Source of the DNA: a virus
Virus genome (UHGV): UHGV-0121456
Strand: one strand, 5' to 3'
Length of the DNA stretch: 16,094 nt
Position 1 is the stretch's first letter; every line of letters starts with the position of its first letter. The notes beneath the pieces were generated by a model. That model saw only the letters and a list, made by a program, of their open reading frames with translations, searched no databases and was not told where the DNA came from. This document shows, piece by piece, positions 14,587-16,094 of the stretch. Position numbers and translations under genes: made by a program.

Positions 14587-15810
14587 TCAACTGGAATCTG
14601 AACTAGGACAAGTAACGAGCGATTCAACCCTCTCCCACCATACCTGGTAGGCTTTACGCTGTTCTTCTAGATAATCGCTCTTGTCATAAACCTGCCATAC
14701 CCCTGGCAGCTTATGACCAAGCATAATTTCTGCAATATGAGGCGCAGTAAGATCAGAAAAGTTTGTTCGTGCTGTTCGCCTCAAATCATGAAGAGACCAA
14801 TGAGGGAATTGATACCCCAAACGTCGCCATGCGAACTGCATTAAATTGTAAGGCAGCGACTGCAATGATGTCCGACCAACTGGCTCCCTGCTTCCTTCCT
14901 TAGTAAAAAGCATATCGGAACCGTTGTTCATAGAGATAACGTATTTTATAAGCTCTTCAACCGGTTCAATAATGGGCCGCTTTAGTGGTTCGCCTGTTAT
15001 CTCCCCTGTCTTATGTCGTTCTGGCGGTACAGTCCATACCTTATTAATGAAATCAAAATCGTCCACCCTGGCGGTAATTAGCTCTGAACTACGGCAGCCA
15101 AAATGCAGCAATAGTTTAATGAAGGCCCGGTATTTAGGAACCATTCGAGAACCATCGATCGCAGCATAAAGGATTTTAATTTCATCATGTGTCAGAAACC
15201 GTTTCTTCTGACCTTTACGGATATCCATATCTTTACCCGTGATATCCGACAGCGGGCGAGTTTCAATGAGCTTTCTCTTATACGCCCAGACATGGGCCTG
15301 CTTTGCGTTAATTAGTAATCGGTCTGCTATTGCTGGAGCCTTAGTGCTAAGAGGCTCCAGGACTTCTAACCAATCATGCAATGTAGCTGCATCGTGAGGG
15401 ATATTCCCGATTTTAGAGAACAGGTGCAACTCAAACGAGCGGAGTATCTGTTCAGAACCCTTTTTATTTTTTACACAATATGCTTCATACCAGGCACGGA
15501 TCACAGACTCTACCGTCATGGCTTCAGTAGCTTTTCGTTTTTCAGCCTGCTTGACCAATCGTGGATTACGGTTTGACTCGAGTTCACCACGGAGACGGAT
15601 AACTTCTTCTCTGGCCTCTTTTAATCCAGTTGCCGGGTAAGTTCCGATATCAAGACGCTCACCTTTCCCTGCCCATTGATAACGATATTGGAACACTACG
15701 CGACCTTTCGGTGATACTCTGACAGACAGACCATCACGATCGGATTTAACCAAAACCTTATCACGTTCCTTTCCAACGACTGAACGCAACCACGCATCAG
15801 ACAGCGCCAT
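14587..15810 (-). CDS. int: Tyrosine-type site-specific integrase (P4-like, with N-terminal arm-binding DUF4102-like domain)
   Basis: 407 aa. N-terminus MALSDAWLRSVVGKERDKVLVKSDRDGLSVRVSPKG...YRYQWAGKGERLDIGTYP. C-terminal catalytic signatures HDLRRTART and a terminal Tyr region. AGGTGA Shine-Dalgarno before ATG at 15810. Confidence 0.9.
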   Translation of the reverse strand: MALSDAWLRSVVGKERDKVLVKSDRDGLSVRVSPKGRVVFQYRYQWAGKGERLDIGTYPATGLKEAREEVIRLRGELESNRNPRLVKQAEKRKATEAMTVESVIRAWYEAYCVKNKKGSEQILRSFELHLFSKIGNIPHDAATLHDWLEVLEPLSTKAPAIADRLLINAKQAHVWAYKRKLIETRPLSDITGKDMDIRKGQKKRFLTHDEIKILYAAIDGSRMVPKYRAFIKLLLHFGCRSSELITARVDDFDFINKVWTVPPERHKTGEITGEPLKRPIIEPVEELIKYVISMNNGSDMLFTKEGSREPVGRTSLQSLPYNLMQFAWRRLGYQFPHWSLHDLRRTARTNFSDLTAPHIAEIMLGHKLPGVWQVYDKSDYLEEQRKAYQVWWERVESLVTCPSSDSS

Positions 15811-15818
15811 TACTCACC

Positions 15819-15877
15819 TTGTACAAATCGCAAAACACCTCTGCTGCTTTGTACATTATGTACAAGCATATGTACAG
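15819..15877. promoter_or_regulatory. Cluster of four TGTACA hexamers upstream of int (15820-15825, 15850-15855, 15859-15864, 15871-15876), including the palindrome TTGTACAttaTGTACAA
   Basis: Same TGTAC core as the OR/OL operators. Lies in the int promoter and att-proximal arm region, which is AT-rich. Confidence 0.35.
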
Positions 15878-16094
15878 ATTTTTGATGAAAGCAACCTGAT
15901 CGATTTAAAGTTACATGAAAGAATCTTCAATTAAAAAGTCACACAAATATATGTATTTAAATGATTTATATGACCAAAACTCAATTAACTGAAAGGATTT
16001 TGAAAGAGTAAAAGAGCTTTAATTTGGGCTTAATTATTGGGGTGAGAAATAATGGCAAAAGTGCGGCGCTTCGCCACCTCTTGCAAATAAGGAG

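Larger units (their letters stand above)
1..16094. mobile_element. Segment of a lambdoid prophage (lysis, Q, nin-like, replication, immunity, early-left module, xis-like, integrase); the integrase-proximal end is probably just beyond the window
   Basis: Lambda-like gene order read from the translations: endolysin/holin, Q, RusA, replication initiator, cro, cI (S24 peptidase), excisionase-like, tyrosine integrase. Tight gene packing with ATGA/TAATG overlaps. No att site or tRNA was identified inside the window. Confidence 0.85.

Noticed and set aside
10457-15576. Short ORFs nested in or antisense to the yfdQ-like, HD-domain, DUF551, dGTPase and integrase genes (for example 10457..10648, 10548..10793, 11300..11485, 11536..11808, 12199..12504, 12993..13214, 13805..14008, 14924..15169, 15376..15576)
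   Set aside because: All are shadow frames of well-supported genes with no independent start signals.
16054-16094. AAGGAG at the extreme 3' end of the window, as a possible ribosome-binding site of a plus-strand gene
   Set aside because: No start codon or ORF lies inside the window, so it cannot be evaluated. Noted only because the integrase-proximal prophage boundary may be nearby.

Overview
This window reads as the immunity-to-lysis half of a lambdoid (lambda/21-like mosaic) prophage in an enterobacterial (E. coli-like) background, ending at a P4-type tyrosine integrase. All calls rest on reading the six-frame translations and the DNA by eye; no database search was run. Order from low to high coordinates: SAR endolysin (partial) and pinholin on the minus strand; a tR'-like terminator; a reverse-oriented AT-rich moron encoding an HNH-like protein; Q antiterminator; a tightly coupled minus-strand nin-like operon (DUF968, KilA-N, RusA, LexA-DNA-binding-domain-only protein, Dam-type methyltransferase, PerC-like regulator); a replication initiator with ori-like iterons inside its coding sequence; a frame-conflicted small gene; CII-like gene; cro; an operator region built on TGTAC-N7-GTACA palindromes; cI repressor with terminator; a pL/OL-like promoter; an AT-rich minus-strand coiled-coil/zinc-ribbon gene; a highly structured ~490 bp intergenic region; a yfdP-Q-R-S-T-like early module; an excisionase-like gene; an AT-rich single-gene cargo encoding a dGTPase-family HD triphosphohydrolase; and the integrase with TGTACA repeats upstream. 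Three AT-rich islands stand out against the ~50% GC backbone, and each holds one candidate accessory or defence gene: the HNH-like moron at the Q-S locus, the zinc-ribbon gene next to cI, and the dGTPase next to int. The first two are the best candidates for something undescribed; the dGTPase matches a described nucleotide-depletion defence class.
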